Assembly: GCA_963781585.1 (NCBI GenBank)
Contig: CAWAGQ010000008.1
Coordinates: 1-64,000, forward strand
From: an uncultured Gemmatimonadaceae bacterium
Lineage (GTDB): Bacteria > Gemmatimonadota > Gemmatimonadetes > Gemmatimonadales > Gemmatimonadaceae
Reading direction: 5' to 3'
Length of the DNA stretch: 64,000 nucleotides
The notes beneath the pieces were generated by a model. It was not told where the DNA came from. It searched no databases and saw only the letters and a program-made list of their open reading frames with translations. The position numbers and the translations under genes were made by a program. The first letter of the stretch is position 1. Each line of letters begins with the position of its first letter. Positions 27,671 to 38,943 of this stretch are shown piece by piece.

Positions 27671-27976
27671 GCCGAACACCTCGAGATGAAATTCCTGAGC
27701 GTCCCTGACCCCGGCTGGGCACCCCGCCCCGCCGCCCCCCGCGAGCGGGCCGGGGGTATTCACGATGGGGCAAAAATCGCCGGCCCGAAAGGGGGTCGGG
27801 TACCCCAACTTGCGGGATGGGTCTCTCATATGGCTGAGGCAGCCCCGAACTCAGGACGTCCCGGCAGCCTTGCGAGTCACCCGGGTTCCGAGTCGACCCA
27901 TGGTCTGGCCCTCGGCCCCGCCCCCCGCTACTCTGAGATTGCGGACCTCAACACGATCAAAGGGGAGGAAGGACCG

Positions 27977-28321
27977 ATGGCACGTTATGCATTCTCAGTT
28001 CCGATCCAGGCCGGGAAACTCGATGCGTGGAAGCGCTACACCGCCGAAATGAAGGGTCCGCGCAAGGCGGAATTGGCCGCCTCACGCAAGAAAGGCGGGC
28101 TCAAGCGGGAGCACGTCTGGCTCCAGCACACGCCGATGGGGGACTTCGCGGTGGTCTACTGGGAGGCGGATGACCCCAGCAAGGTCTTCCAGTACTTCAT
28201 GACGTCCAACGATGCCTTCGACAAGTGGTTCCGCGAGAAGGTTCTGGTCGAGGCCCACGGCATGTCGCCGTCGGCGCCTCCTCCTCCGCTCAACGAACCC
28301 ATCCTCGACTTCTCAGCCTGA
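27977..28321 (+). CDS. Hypothetical protein (probable dimeric alpha/beta-barrel type)
   Basis: Strong SD GGAGGAAGGA; 114 aa; REHVWLQHTPMGD..FDKWFRE. Confidence 0.75.
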   Translation: MARYAFSVPIQAGKLDAWKRYTAEMKGPRKAELAASRKKGGLKREHVWLQHTPMGDFAVVYWEADDPSKVFQYFMTSNDAFDKWFREKVLVEAHGMSPSAPPPPLNEPILDFSA

Positions 28322-28374
28322 CGCATCCGCGGACAGCTGACAGCGTTCAAGCAGGGCTGGCGGGAATCAGCCAC

Positions 28375-30111
28375 TCACGGCAGCCGGAAGATCGCGACCT
28401 GCGGATGCAGCGAGGCCGCAAAAGCCGCACCGCTCGGTGCCGCGAACTGGATCGAGACCGTCGCCGCGCTCGCCGGCGTGTCGAGCCGGAAGAACGTCAA
28501 CGTTCCGGGCTCCAGTATCGCGGTCGACGTGTCCGCCGTGATGTCGAACAGGAGGACCGGATCCTGGTATGGGTAGCTCGACGACCCCGGCTGGCTCGTC
28601 GCGTACAGTCGGGCCCAGAGCTGCTTGACGTTGCGGCTGATGAAACGATTTGCCGCGGGGGCCGTCGTGCGCGGCAGCCCGGGCAGGCTGTCGGTGGCCA
28701 ACGCCAGACCGAAATCGGCAAACAGCTCCGGGAAGCTGCGCCCGGCCGCCGCCTCGATGCCCGCGATTCCGTTCGCGGGTCCGCGCTCGAGCGCCTTGTA
28801 GACGCCCGTGCCGTAATGATCGCCGAGCCATCTCGACAGCAACCAGGCGCCGCCACGCCAGGAAAAACCCTGCTGCGAGTCGTCGTGCAGGGTGATGCTC
28901 GCCGTATCCGGCAGCAGCGCGTACTGATAGGAATCGTACAGGAAATCGGAGATGAATCCCTGGGCCGAGTCGGGGAAGATCTGCTGGGGATCCGTGCGGC
29001 ACGCCGGAGGCGGGCATTTCTGCTCGAAGTACAGCGACCCCAGCTCCTCGGCGACGATGGCCAGCCCTTCGTCCAGCCAGCTCGACCCCGGCGTACCGGT
29101 GCCCAGCACCACGTGCTGCGAGTAGTTGATGAGGTGTTCCGCCTCGTGGAGGAAGGTGGCCGGAACGCTGTTCCCGAGCGATTCCACGCTGTGTGAGCAG
29201 CTCACGGTGCCGGTGGGGTCGGGCACGAGGGAGTAGAAGATCTCCCCCTGATTGGAGTTCGGATTGGACGAGCCGTCGAAATCGTCGGCGTCGAAAAATC
29301 CCGCGATGTACCCCGAGCTGTTGCAGGTCGACGTGGGCGTGTCGGAGTTCACCACGTTCGTCATCAGCAGGATCACGTGGCCGTTCTGATCCACGTCCGA
29401 CGGCGGGCCGAATGCCGTGGTGTCGATCGGTAACAGCACCTGGTCGAAGTAGGTGCCGAAGTTGTTCAGCTGAGCGGTGGTGAAGCCGTTCGCCGGGGCG
29501 AGGGTGTCCACGTAGATCAGGACGTCGCTCCCCACGTACTGAAGGCGCGCGCCCACTTTCGCCCAGGTGGCCGCGCCCGTGGCGAAGCCCGAGTACACGT
29601 GAAAGCTGCGTACGCTCCCAACGTTAGGCACGACGGCGAACGCGATGCCGGGGACCGCGGAGGCGCGCGGTATCGATCGCATCACGGCGCCGGCTCCGGC
29701 CCGCTGCGAGGCCCGCGCAAGCATCGTGCGATCGGCGCCGAGCTGCGCGAGGTTGGGCTGTATGGGCGGCAGGACACCGGCGCCGACACTACCCGCGACG
29801 ATCGAGCGAGCGGCCACACGGCTGCCCGAGGCAATCGCCGCCGAGATGTCGCCCGAGTACATGCGATACGACACGTACTGATTCGGCCCCTGATCGGTCG
29901 CGAACTCCGGAACGACCAGGTAGCTCGCGGCGTTGCCCGCGAGCGTGATTGTGGTGCCACCGTTGCCACAGTCGACCCGCACCGCCTGGGCCACCGCCAG
30001 ACTCACCGTACCACCTGCCCCACACGGGTTCTTCTGGATCGAGATCCCTGGACCGGTGGTCGAGTCGTGGGAGCACGCCGCGAGCAGCATGACCAGCGCC
30101 CCGGAGATCAC
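28375..30111 (-). CDS. Lipoprotein zinc metallopeptidase (M30/hyicolysin-like)
   Basis: Lipobox LAAC; DVDQNGHVILL, YIAGFF, HEAEH, WLDEGLA; start uncertain (ORF open to 30483). Confidence 0.78.
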   Translation of the reverse strand: MISGALVMLLAACSHDSTTGPGISIQKNPCGAGGTVSLAVAQAVRVDCGNGGTTITLAGNAASYLVVPEFATDQGPNQYVSYRMYSGDISAAIASGSRVAARSIVAGSVGAGVLPPIQPNLAQLGADRTMLARASQRAGAGAVMRSIPRASAVPGIAFAVVPNVGSVRSFHVYSGFATGAATWAKVGARLQYVGSDVLIYVDTLAPANGFTTAQLNNFGTYFDQVLLPIDTTAFGPPSDVDQNGHVILLMTNVVNSDTPTSTCNSSGYIAGFFDADDFDGSSNPNSNQGEIFYSLVPDPTGTVSCSHSVESLGNSVPATFLHEAEHLINYSQHVVLGTGTPGSSWLDEGLAIVAEELGSLYFEQKCPPPACRTDPQQIFPDSAQGFISDFLYDSYQYALLPDTASITLHDDSQQGFSWRGGAWLLSRWLGDHYGTGVYKALERGPANGIAGIEAAAGRSFPELFADFGLALATDSLPGLPRTTAPAANRFISRNVKQLWARLYATSQPGSSSYPYQDPVLLFDITADTSTAILEPGTLTFFRLDTPASAATVSIQFAAPSGAAFAASLHPQVAIFRLP

Positions 30112-30376
30112 ACGGGTTGCGCCACGCCCGGAGCGCCCCACGGGAGCTACCCGGCGCTCGCTTCCGAGCAGCCGGGCCAACGATGATGCAGGAATGGGAC
30201 GCCTCCGAACACGAGCGATGTGAGAATTCCAACGCGCCGACCTCTGCGCGAAGGCGGGAGGCCCGACCGGTGCGACCCGTCTTTGTGGAGACACGCGACT
30301 CCGCTCATCCCCCATATCACCCCGAGTCGGAGATTCGCCTTCGCTGGTACTCCCCGCTCGCAGGGAGTTCCGGACG

Positions 30377-33196
30377 CTACGGCCGGCGCCGCTCCGCGCG
30401 CTCCTCGTCCGTGAGGTCCGCCGCCAGGGGGAAGAACAGCGATCGCCGCACCCCCGGGTAGGGGGTCCCCCATCCCCGCGCATCGTGCCAGAGGATCACG
30501 TTCAGGCGGTCCGACGGCGCGTCGTCGGGGTCAGCGAAGTTCATCCGCGACGACTCCAACGCGGCCCTGCGACGTTCGGCAGCCCATGCCCCGCGGATCC
30601 CGGTCCGGCCGGGATTGGTCTCGTAGATCGACTGGGTGGGGGTCAGCGCGGTGAACGGGGTGAGGTCCGGCTTCTCGTCAGGCCCGATGAAGCTGGCCCG
30701 CATGTCGGTGGCCACCAGATCGAACAGGCTCAACGCCGGCAGCCCGAGCATCAGCTCGATGGTCTTCACCATGCTCGGCTGGCTGTAGAATGTGCTGTCG
30801 ATCACACCCCGCCGCGCGTACGGACTCGCCACCAATGCCACGGTGCGGTGGCCGTCGATGTGGTCCACCCCGTTCTGGGCATCGTCCTCCACCACCAGGA
30901 TCGCCATCGACCGCCAGAACGACGAGTGGGTGAGTCGATCCACCACCCGGCCCAGCGCGAGATCGTTGTCGGCCACGCAGGCCTTGGGCGTGCACCATCC
31001 GGGCGTGGTCCCCACGGTGTGATCGCTCGGCAGGATGATCATCACCAGATTCGGCATCGTCCCCCGTGCTTCCCACTCCCGGATGTGTTCGGTCACCACG
31101 TCCGCCTTCACCACGTCGGGCGTCTCCTGCGTCCATCCCGGATACTCGCGGACCAGCAGCCGGTCGAGCGACGGAATCTCGGAATGGGTGTCGTACATCT
31201 TCCGCAGCACACCGCGGAAGAACGCCGGATCGTGGGGCTGCGAATCGCGATACTGCGCCAGCAGTGTCTGCCGGACTCCCGAAATCGAGTCCGACGGCGC
31301 GGGCGCGTACTCGCCAAAGACGGTCACGCTATGTCCGCGCGCCAGCGCCGCATCCCAGAGGAATCCGCCTGACGAGTAGGCGAGCGGATCGTTCCCTTCC
31401 GAGGGATAGCTCCGGCCGTTGTACAGCGGCCACATCGGATACTCGGTCTCGTTGGCCTGGGTGAGCCACTGATGGCCGTCGGCCGAGTTGCCGCCTGACG
31501 CGAAGAAGTGATCGAGCAGGACGAACCGCTCGGCCAGCGCGTGGGTGTTGGGCGTGACGTCGCGACCGTACATCACCAGCGACGGGTCGCTGGCGCCCTT
31601 CCCCGCGTCACCCAGCACCTGGTCGTACGTCCGGTTCTCGCGGATGATGTATACGACGTGGTCGATGAGCGACGGCTCTCCGGGGCGCTCGGGTACCGCG
31701 CGCGCCGCGGCGCTCGCGCGCACCGGTGGCGGTGCGCCGCCCGAACCGGTCGCCAGCATCAGTCGGTTGTTCTGCGCGACCGACGTGCTGTAGGCCAGCA
31801 ACTCGGCGTCGGTGGGCACCGGGAAGACGTTCACCGAGCCGCGCACCGCGTGGACGTAGCGTCCCCGCATCCCCGGCGCGCCCGATGTCTGGCCGGTGCC
31901 GGAGCCCACACCCAGCAGCGTCCCGACCGCGATCGTCCTGCCGTCGGCGCTGACGTCGATGCTGGTGGGATACCAGCCGGTGGGTATGAGGCCGCGGAGC
32001 CTGGCCCCGCCCATCGCGCCATTACCATCGCGGGTGCGTGCCAGCGTTGCCTCGCCGGAGGTCGAGGGCGGCGTTGCCTCGCCGGAAATGGAAGGCGCCG
32101 CTGTGATCAGCTGCGATACATCGACCACCGCCACCGCATTCGCCCCGCCGAGCGTCACGTAGAGCGTCCGGCCGTCGGGGGAGAGCGCGACCGCCGTGGG
32201 TGCCAGGCCGATCTTGCGCTCGTGGAAGGGGGCGATCGGGATCGTCGCCACCATCGAGTCCCGCCGCGTGTCGATGACGCTCACGTCGTCCGAGTTCCCG
32301 TTCGCCACGAAAATCCGCTCGTCAGGCCGGTCCCACACCAGGCCCGTCGGGTGCAGTCCGACCGGGATGATCCGCTCGACCCTGCCGGAAACCAGATTCA
32401 CGCGCATCACGCTCCCGCGCTCGGCGATGCCACGGGCATCGATGCGCACCGGCTCGGCCATCGGGTCGCAGCACTCGGTGGCCGCGCGTTCCCCGGGCGC
32501 GGGCTTCGGCCCGCCCAGGTTGGTCACGTACGCCACCGCACCGGCGGGATCGACCACGGCCGCGACCGGAAGGACCCCGAGTGGAATCGCCGCCAGCAGC
32601 GACCCGCTGTCGGCATCGAGTACGGCCAGCGCGTCATTCGCCGGGAGCGGGACCACCGCCACCCGGTGGCCCGAGGCGTTGGCGTGCGCCGCGACCGCCG
32701 GCGCGCCGGCCAGATAATCGCCTAACGCCGGCGAGGTCGTCGCGACCACGGCGCTGTCCCTGCCCGCCGCATTGCGCGCCGTACGGTCGCCGGCGTAGGC
32801 GATGAGCTGCACCACCGATCGCGCGCGCGCCGGTCGCGCACCGGGAACGCGGGCCATCGCCAGATCGGACGCCAGCCGCCCGACCGACGAGATCACCGCC
32901 CGGCCGGTTGCCGGATCGATCGCGACTCCGTGCACACCGGGCCGGCCGTCGAATGCGGCGCTCGCCATCACCCGGTTGTCACGCCAGGCCAGCCGGTACG
33001 CGACGCCGGGAACCGTCACCCACAACTCACCGGGCGTTCGGCCGAACCGGACCCCTGCCACCCGCCCGTCGAACACACTCTGGAGCCCCGCGGGCGTGAC
33101 CCGCTGATCGGTGGCGATCACCCCGGGGTCCGGGACAGTGCGCTGCGGAACGGGCGTCGAACCCGCCTGCAGAAGAAACAGCGCGTGGAGAATCAT
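30377..33196 (-). CDS. YVTN beta-propeller / phosphoesterase (YncE-alkaline phosphatase family) fusion
   Basis: IPVGLHP and IPTGWYP repeats; YIIRENRTYDQVLGD, SADGH, EDDAQNGVDHIDGHR. Confidence 0.9.
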   Translation of the reverse strand: MILHALFLLQAGSTPVPQRTVPDPGVIATDQRVTPAGLQSVFDGRVAGVRFGRTPGELWVTVPGVAYRLAWRDNRVMASAAFDGRPGVHGVAIDPATGRAVISSVGRLASDLAMARVPGARPARARSVVQLIAYAGDRTARNAAGRDSAVVATTSPALGDYLAGAPAVAAHANASGHRVAVVPLPANDALAVLDADSGSLLAAIPLGVLPVAAVVDPAGAVAYVTNLGGPKPAPGERAATECCDPMAEPVRIDARGIAERGSVMRVNLVSGRVERIIPVGLHPTGLVWDRPDERIFVANGNSDDVSVIDTRRDSMVATIPIAPFHERKIGLAPTAVALSPDGRTLYVTLGGANAVAVVDVSQLITAAPSISGEATPPSTSGEATLARTRDGNGAMGGARLRGLIPTGWYPTSIDVSADGRTIAVGTLLGVGSGTGQTSGAPGMRGRYVHAVRGSVNVFPVPTDAELLAYSTSVAQNNRLMLATGSGGAPPPVRASAAARAVPERPGEPSLIDHVVYIIRENRTYDQVLGDAGKGASDPSLVMYGRDVTPNTHALAERFVLLDHFFASGGNSADGHQWLTQANETEYPMWPLYNGRSYPSEGNDPLAYSSGGFLWDAALARGHSVTVFGEYAPAPSDSISGVRQTLLAQYRDSQPHDPAFFRGVLRKMYDTHSEIPSLDRLLVREYPGWTQETPDVVKADVVTEHIREWEARGTMPNLVMIILPSDHTVGTTPGWCTPKACVADNDLALGRVVDRLTHSSFWRSMAILVVEDDAQNGVDHIDGHRTVALVASPYARRGVIDSTFYSQPSMVKTIELMLGLPALSLFDLVATDMRASFIGPDEKPDLTPFTALTPTQSIYETNPGRTGIRGAWAAERRRAALESSRMNFADPDDAPSDRLNVILWHDARGWGTPYPGVRRSLFFPLAADLTDEERAERRRP

Positions 33197-33339
33197 GCGT
33201 GAATCCTGTCTCCTGTTGCGCGCCGCGCCGCAGCGGCCAGTGTCACAATCCCGTCAACGCCAGCCGGCCGACTGACGCGTGCCCGGTCGTCGCGCCCTCC
33301 ACAATCGAGCCGGCCGCGCGGGACACGGCCGGTGTGACG

Positions 33340-35397
33340 TCACGGCACAACACGCTGTCCCGGTCCGTTCCGGTACTTTTCGAACCAGCCCAGGATGTAC
33401 GCGACCTTCGCCATCATGTTGCTCGGCTTGGCGGCAATCTCGTGCGACGCGTCGGGAATGCGTACCATTGCCGTGGGCACCTTGCGGAGCTTCAGCGCCT
33501 CGTAGAACTGCTCGGCCTCCTCGCTGGGCGTGCGATAGTCCACCTCGCCCGTCACCAGCATCGTCGGCGTGGTGACGTTCCCCACGTAGGTAATGGGTGA
33601 GCGCTTCATGTAGTGCTCGAGATTGTCCCACGGATACCCGGGGAACCAGTATCTATAGAAGAAGCCCGGTCCATCGGCCGTCAGCACGAAGCTGTACCAG
33701 TTGATGACCGGCTTGGCGACCACGGCCGCCTTGAAGCGATTGGTGTGACCGACGATCCAGGCGGTGAGGACGCCGCCGCCGCTGCCGCCGGTCACAAACA
33801 GCTGGTTCGGGTCCACGTAGCCCTTGGCGATCACGGCATCGACCCCCGACATCAGGTCGTCGTAGTCGTGGTCGGGATAGTCGTGGTGAATGAGGTTGCC
33901 GAATTCCTCGCCGTAACTCGTGGAGCCGCGGGGGTTCGTGTAGAGCACCACGTAGCCTGCCGCCGCGTAGAGCTGAATCTCCGACGAGTAGCGCACCCCG
34001 TAGTCGGCGAACGGTCCGCCGTGGATTTCGAGCACCATCGGATACTTCCTGGTGGCATCGAACCCCGGCGGCTTGACAATCCATCCCTGGATGCGCCGCT
34101 TGTCGAAGCTCGACTGGTACCAGATCTCCTCCACCGAGCCTAACGTCTTGTGGCCGAACAGGTCGTCGTTGAGCCGCGTCAGACGCTGGGCGTCGCTCCC
34201 CGCCCCGCCCACCGCCACGTCGGACGGATGGTCGGGCGCCGTCTGGGTGAACGCGAACCGGCCGTTGTCGGCGAGCGAATACGTCCCGCCCGAGTACGGC
34301 CGTCCCGGATCGAGCCCCCCGATGCCTGACGCGAGCGTGGTCAACTGGCCGGTCAGCGTCATGACGCCGATCTTCGTGTCGCCCTGGTCGTCGTACTGGA
34401 AAAAGATCCCCTTGCCGTCGCGACCCCAGTTGACGTTCTGCACATCGCGATCGAACGACCCGGAGATCATCCGCGGGTTCGAGCCGTCGCGATTCATCAG
34501 ATACAGGTGGGTGACCTGGTAGCCCTGGTACTTGTCGTCGAATCCGGTGTAGGCGACGAGCTTGCCGTCGGGCGACACGGCCGGTTCCTGGTCGGGGCCC
34601 TTGCGGGTGGTGAGCTGTTTGATCGTGCCCGACGCCACTGCGACGTCGTAGATGTCGCTCTCGCCGGGGTCGTACTCGGGATTCTCGTGCCGGTTGGCGG
34701 CGAACAGGATGGCGCTGCCGTCGGGAGTCCACTGCGGCGCGCCGTCGTCATACGGGCCGCTGGTGAGCTGGCGCGGCGTGCCGCCTTCGACGGGAAGCAC
34801 GAAGATGTGGCGGTAGCCGCTCCGCAGGTAGCCTGCTCCGTTGAACCGGTACTCGAGCTTGTCGATGTACTTGATCGGCGGGCCCCAGTCGGCGCCCTCC
34901 GGCTTGTCGGGGAGCTGCACGAACGGCTTCGGCTCGTCAGGCACGAACATCACGAACGCGATCCACTTGCCGTCGGGCGACCAGGCCAGCGCGCCCGGCG
35001 ACTCCTCCACGTGGGTGAGCTTCGCCTCCTGGCCCGAGTCCATCCAGCGGACGAAGATGTCTGCCTTGCGCTCATCGATGCTGGAGACGAAGAGGAGGCG
35101 GGTGCCGTCGGGCGACCACCGCGGTGACGCCGCCATCCGGGCGGGATCGAGCAGCGGCCGGAGCTCGGAGCCGTCGGCGTTGACCATCCACAGGCTCGAC
35201 CGCTCGCGGTCCTTCATGATGTCGTAGCCCGCGCGCTCGAACGCCACCCGGCGCCCGTCGGGCGAGATCTGCGGATCGGCCGCCCATTCGAGTTCGAAGA
35301 TGTCGCGCAGGGTGAACCGGTCGCTCGGCGCGGTCTGGGCCGAGAGGGCCGGAGCGGTCAGCGCGAGGCAGACGGCGGGAACCAGGAGTGAACGCAT
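33340..35397 (-). CDS. S9 family peptidase (dipeptidyl/acylaminoacyl peptidase)
   Basis: PD40 repeats, IHGGP, GGSGGG nucleophile, D(YRTP) and SH triad residues. Confidence 0.93.
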   Translation of the reverse strand: MRSLLVPAVCLALTAPALSAQTAPSDRFTLRDIFELEWAADPQISPDGRRVAFERAGYDIMKDRERSSLWMVNADGSELRPLLDPARMAASPRWSPDGTRLLFVSSIDERKADIFVRWMDSGQEAKLTHVEESPGALAWSPDGKWIAFVMFVPDEPKPFVQLPDKPEGADWGPPIKYIDKLEYRFNGAGYLRSGYRHIFVLPVEGGTPRQLTSGPYDDGAPQWTPDGSAILFAANRHENPEYDPGESDIYDVAVASGTIKQLTTRKGPDQEPAVSPDGKLVAYTGFDDKYQGYQVTHLYLMNRDGSNPRMISGSFDRDVQNVNWGRDGKGIFFQYDDQGDTKIGVMTLTGQLTTLASGIGGLDPGRPYSGGTYSLADNGRFAFTQTAPDHPSDVAVGGAGSDAQRLTRLNDDLFGHKTLGSVEEIWYQSSFDKRRIQGWIVKPPGFDATRKYPMVLEIHGGPFADYGVRYSSEIQLYAAAGYVVLYTNPRGSTSYGEEFGNLIHHDYPDHDYDDLMSGVDAVIAKGYVDPNQLFVTGGSGGGVLTAWIVGHTNRFKAAVVAKPVINWYSFVLTADGPGFFYRYWFPGYPWDNLEHYMKRSPITYVGNVTTPTMLVTGEVDYRTPSEEAEQFYEALKLRKVPTAMVRIPDASHEIAAKPSNMMAKVAYILGWFEKYRNGPGQRVVP

Positions 35398-35499
35398 AAC
35401 GAGCTCCGGATTGCGAGGACCCGACGGCCGGGGATCCTCGAGTCACAAACGTAGGTCGGCTGACCACCCACAGCCAGTGAGGCCCGGGCGGAGCCGGTG

Positions 35500-36483
35500 C
35501 TATCCTTCCGCAATCTGGTACAGCGCGGCCGCGTTTCCCCCGAGAATCATCGACTTCTCGGCCGCCGGGATCGGCAGCACGCCGATGCTCTCCTTCATCT
35601 TCGCCATGCTGCTGATCAGATGGGGATAGTCGCTCCCCGCCAGCAGCTGACTCACGCCCGCGAACTCGATCGCCAGCCGCAGCGCCTTCGGGTCGAAGTT
35701 GACCGTATCGTAGAAGAACTTCTTCAGATACTCGCTGGGCAGCCGCTCGATGTTCACGCGGCATTCCGGATACGATTCGTAGCCGCGATCCAGCCGCTCG
35801 GCAATGTACGGAATCGCGCCGCCGAGGTGACCGAGCACCCAGCGGATATTCGGATACTTCTCCACCACGCCGCTGAAGACAAGCCCCGCCGCCGCGAGCG
35901 TGGTGTCGAACATGAATCCCACCAGCGGCATCAGCCAGTACTGCTCCATCGCTTCCACGCCCGCGGGATAGTTGGGGTGAATGTGGATCACGGCGCCCGC
36001 GTCGTTTACGCGCTCCCACAGCGGCCAGTAGCCCAGGTCGTGCAGCGCCACGCCGGCGACGTTGCCGTACACCATGCATCCCGCAAATCCCATCGAGATC
36101 GCCCGCTCGAACTCCTTCTCCGATGCCGTCGGATCGTTGAGCGGTAGCGTGGCCAGTGCGGTGAAGTGTTTCGCGCGCTCCGCCTTGATCTGCACCAACG
36201 CGTCGTTCACCAGACTCGCGAGGTACGCCGACCGCTGCGGCGTTTCCATGGTCGTCCCGGGCGCGGTGAGGGTGATGACCTGCATGTCCACCCCGGCATC
36301 GGCGATGACCCCCTCACGAAACGCGATGTCCCGGTGGCCACGGACGACGAAGTTGCGGTCGCCGGGTGAATCGAGGACCGGATTCCCGTCGGCGTCGTCG
36401 CTGACGGTGTACGCGCTCGGGCCTTTGCGGACGGCGTCGATGAACGAGGGCGGATAGTAATGATTGTGGACGTCGATGATCAT
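35500..36483 (-). CDS. Amidohydrolase_2 family (ACMSD-like decarboxylase/hydrolase)
   Basis: IDVHNH, IHIHP, HLGGAIPY, GSDYPH. Confidence 0.9.
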   Translation of the reverse strand: MIIDVHNHYYPPSFIDAVRKGPSAYTVSDDADGNPVLDSPGDRNFVVRGHRDIAFREGVIADAGVDMQVITLTAPGTTMETPQRSAYLASLVNDALVQIKAERAKHFTALATLPLNDPTASEKEFERAISMGFAGCMVYGNVAGVALHDLGYWPLWERVNDAGAVIHIHPNYPAGVEAMEQYWLMPLVGFMFDTTLAAAGLVFSGVVEKYPNIRWVLGHLGGAIPYIAERLDRGYESYPECRVNIERLPSEYLKKFFYDTVNFDPKALRLAIEFAGVSQLLAGSDYPHLISSMAKMKESIGVLPIPAAEKSMILGGNAAALYQIAEG

Positions 36484-36860
36484 GAAAGGGAGGCGGTTGA
36501 CAGGTGTCAGTTCTCAGCGGGCAAGGAATGCGGTCAGGGGCCAGCGGCCACCGGTCAGCACTCATCGATCAACGGTCAGCGGTCAGCGGTCAGCTGATAG
36601 CTGAGCTGCAAGCCGATAGCCGATGGCTGCCGTGAAGGTAGCGCTCGCGCGCGGCAGAGCGAGGGCTCGCGTGACGAAACCGGGGCACTGCGTCCCACCC
36701 CCAATCTCGACACGTAGGCCTGTGCACAAACGGTCGCCCGTGACGTCTCCCACGTGTCGTTACCGCGCAATCACCCGCTCCCGAAACCCGGTGGTGCAGC
36801 CCGACTGGCCGACGCCGTGCGCGCCGCGCCATGCACCTGGCTCCCCCACCAGGAGGTCGT

Positions 36861-38793
36861 ATGAGGCCACATCTTCCAGGCATCCTGCTGGCCCTGCTCC
36901 TCGCCCCCGCCCCCGCCCCCACTCCTGCGCGGACGCCCGCCCGCGTCGTGCTCACCGGGCGAGTGACCAGCGCGGCCACCAGGCAGCCGCTGGCCGCGGC
37001 CAGTGTGTACGTGCCGGCTCTGTCACGTTCCGTAGCTACGGACTCCGCCGGCACATACCGCATGGTGCTTGGCGCTGATCAGCGCGGGAAGCAGGTGACC
37101 GTGTACGCGCGCGCCGTCGGATACGCGCCGGCAAACCAGACCGTTCGCCTGACGAGCGACAGCGCGGTGGTGAACTTCGCGCTCGCCGCGGACGTGAACC
37201 GCCTCGTGGAGATGCGGGCCACCGGCGCCACGGCGGCGGAGATGCCGCAGGTCGGCGTTCGCGGTGGCCGCACGCAACGCCGCGAAGGCCGATGCCCTGG
37301 CAACCATCCGCCCCGCGCGCGCCGCCGTGGACCGTGGATTCAACACGGAGTCGTACGATCGGATCGTCGACAATGCCTTTCTGGGGGCGCGTGACAATCC
37401 GCTCAGCACCTTCTCCATCGATGTCGACCGCGCGTCATACAGTAACGTCCGCCGATTCGTCGCCTTGGGACAGCGCCCACCCAGGGACGCCGTTCGCATC
37501 GAGGAACTGGTCAACTACTTCCCGTACGACTATCCGGATCCCGACGGAGCCCGTCCGTTCTCGGTGATCACCGATGTCGCCCCCGCCCCGTGGAGCCCCG
37601 CGCACTACCTGGTGCGGGTGGGTCTCCAGGCCCGGCGCATCGCGCCGTCCGCGCTGCCGCCCAGCAATCTCGTCTTCCTCATCGACGTCTCCGGGTCGAT
37701 GATGCCTGACGAGAAGCTCCCGTTGCTCAAGCAAGCCTTCCGGCTGCTGGTCGGACAGCTCCGCGAACAGGACCGGGTGGCAATTGTGGTATACGCCGGC
37801 GCGGCCGGACTGGTGCTCCCCTCGACCCCCGGCAACCGCAAGGATGAGATTCTCGCGGCCCTCGACCGGCTGCAGGCCGGCGGGTCGACCGCGGGGGGTG
37901 CGGGCATCAGGCTCGCGTACGAAGTCGCGCAACGATACCACCTGCCCAAGGGAAACAACCGCGTGATCCTCGCCACCGATGGGGATTTCAACATCGGCGC
38001 ATCGAGCGACGCGGACATGGAACGCCTGATCGAGGAAAAGCGGAAGCAGGGGACGTTTCTTTCGGTACTCGGCTTCGGCATGGGGAACTACAAGGACTCG
38101 AAGATGGAGACGCTCGCCGACAAGGGGAACGGCAACTACGCGTACATCGACGACATCATCGAAGCACGCAAGGTGCTGGTCGACGAGATGGCCGGGACGC
38201 TGCTGACCGTGGCCAAGGACGTGAAGCTCCAGGTGGAATTCAATCCTCAGCGCGTGGCGTCGTACCGGCTGATCGGCTACGAGAACCGGATGCTGGCCAG
38301 GGAAGACTTCGACGACGACCGGAAGGACGCCGGCGAGATGGGCGCCGGCAACGCGGTGACCGCGTTCTACGAGGTGGTGCCGGTGGGGGTGAAAAGCCCC
38401 GCCGTGCCGAATCAGGATCCGTTACGCTATCAGGCCGCGCCGCCCTCTTCGACACGCTCGACGCGCGCGCACTCGAATGAGCTGATGTACGTCAAGCTGC
38501 GCTACAAGCTGCCTGACAAGGACGCGAGCCAGCGGTTCGATCATGTGGTGATGGCGCCGTCCGACCTGCACGCGGTCGCGACCTCGGACGATTTCCGATT
38601 CGCTGCGTCGGTGGCGGCATTCGGGATGGTGCTGCGCGATTCCGAGTACAGGGGATCGGCCACCCTCGACGACGTGCTGGTGATGGCAGGTGGTGCGCTG
38701 GGCGAGGACGTGGCTGGCTATCGGGCCGACTTCGTGCGCCTGGTGGAAGCAGCGCGCGACCGCGGGATCATGGCGGTGAAGAACGAGCGGTGA
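36861..38793 (+). CDS. YfbK-like vWA/DUF3520 protein with N-terminal carboxypeptidase-regulatory-like domain; one frameshift ~37255
   Basis: SD AGGAGG plus signal peptide (ORF to 37394) joins ORF 37264..38793 carrying STFSIDVD, LIDVSGSM (MIDAS), ATDGDFN, YRLIGYENR. Confidence 0.82.
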
Positions 38794-38943
38794 GTGTGCC
38801 ACGAGCACGCTGTAGTCGGCAGCGGTTGCGGGACGGACCGTGCACGCTGGTGCCGGGGTGGCGCTGATCGTGCTCGGTGTTTGCCGGATCCGCGGAATGA
38901 ACGCAGATTGTGGACCCGACCGCCCCCGGCGACAAGGAGTCCG

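Noticed and set aside
27765..27830. Cyclic-di-GMP-I riboswitch (GGCAAA plus GAAA-loop hairpin)
   Set aside because: Lacks the following GACGCAAAGC segment and the second stem; only a generic hairpin
32044..32086. 16-bp direct repeat (SGEAT twice) in the phosphoesterase gene
   Set aside because: Short in-frame linker duplication with no sign of function
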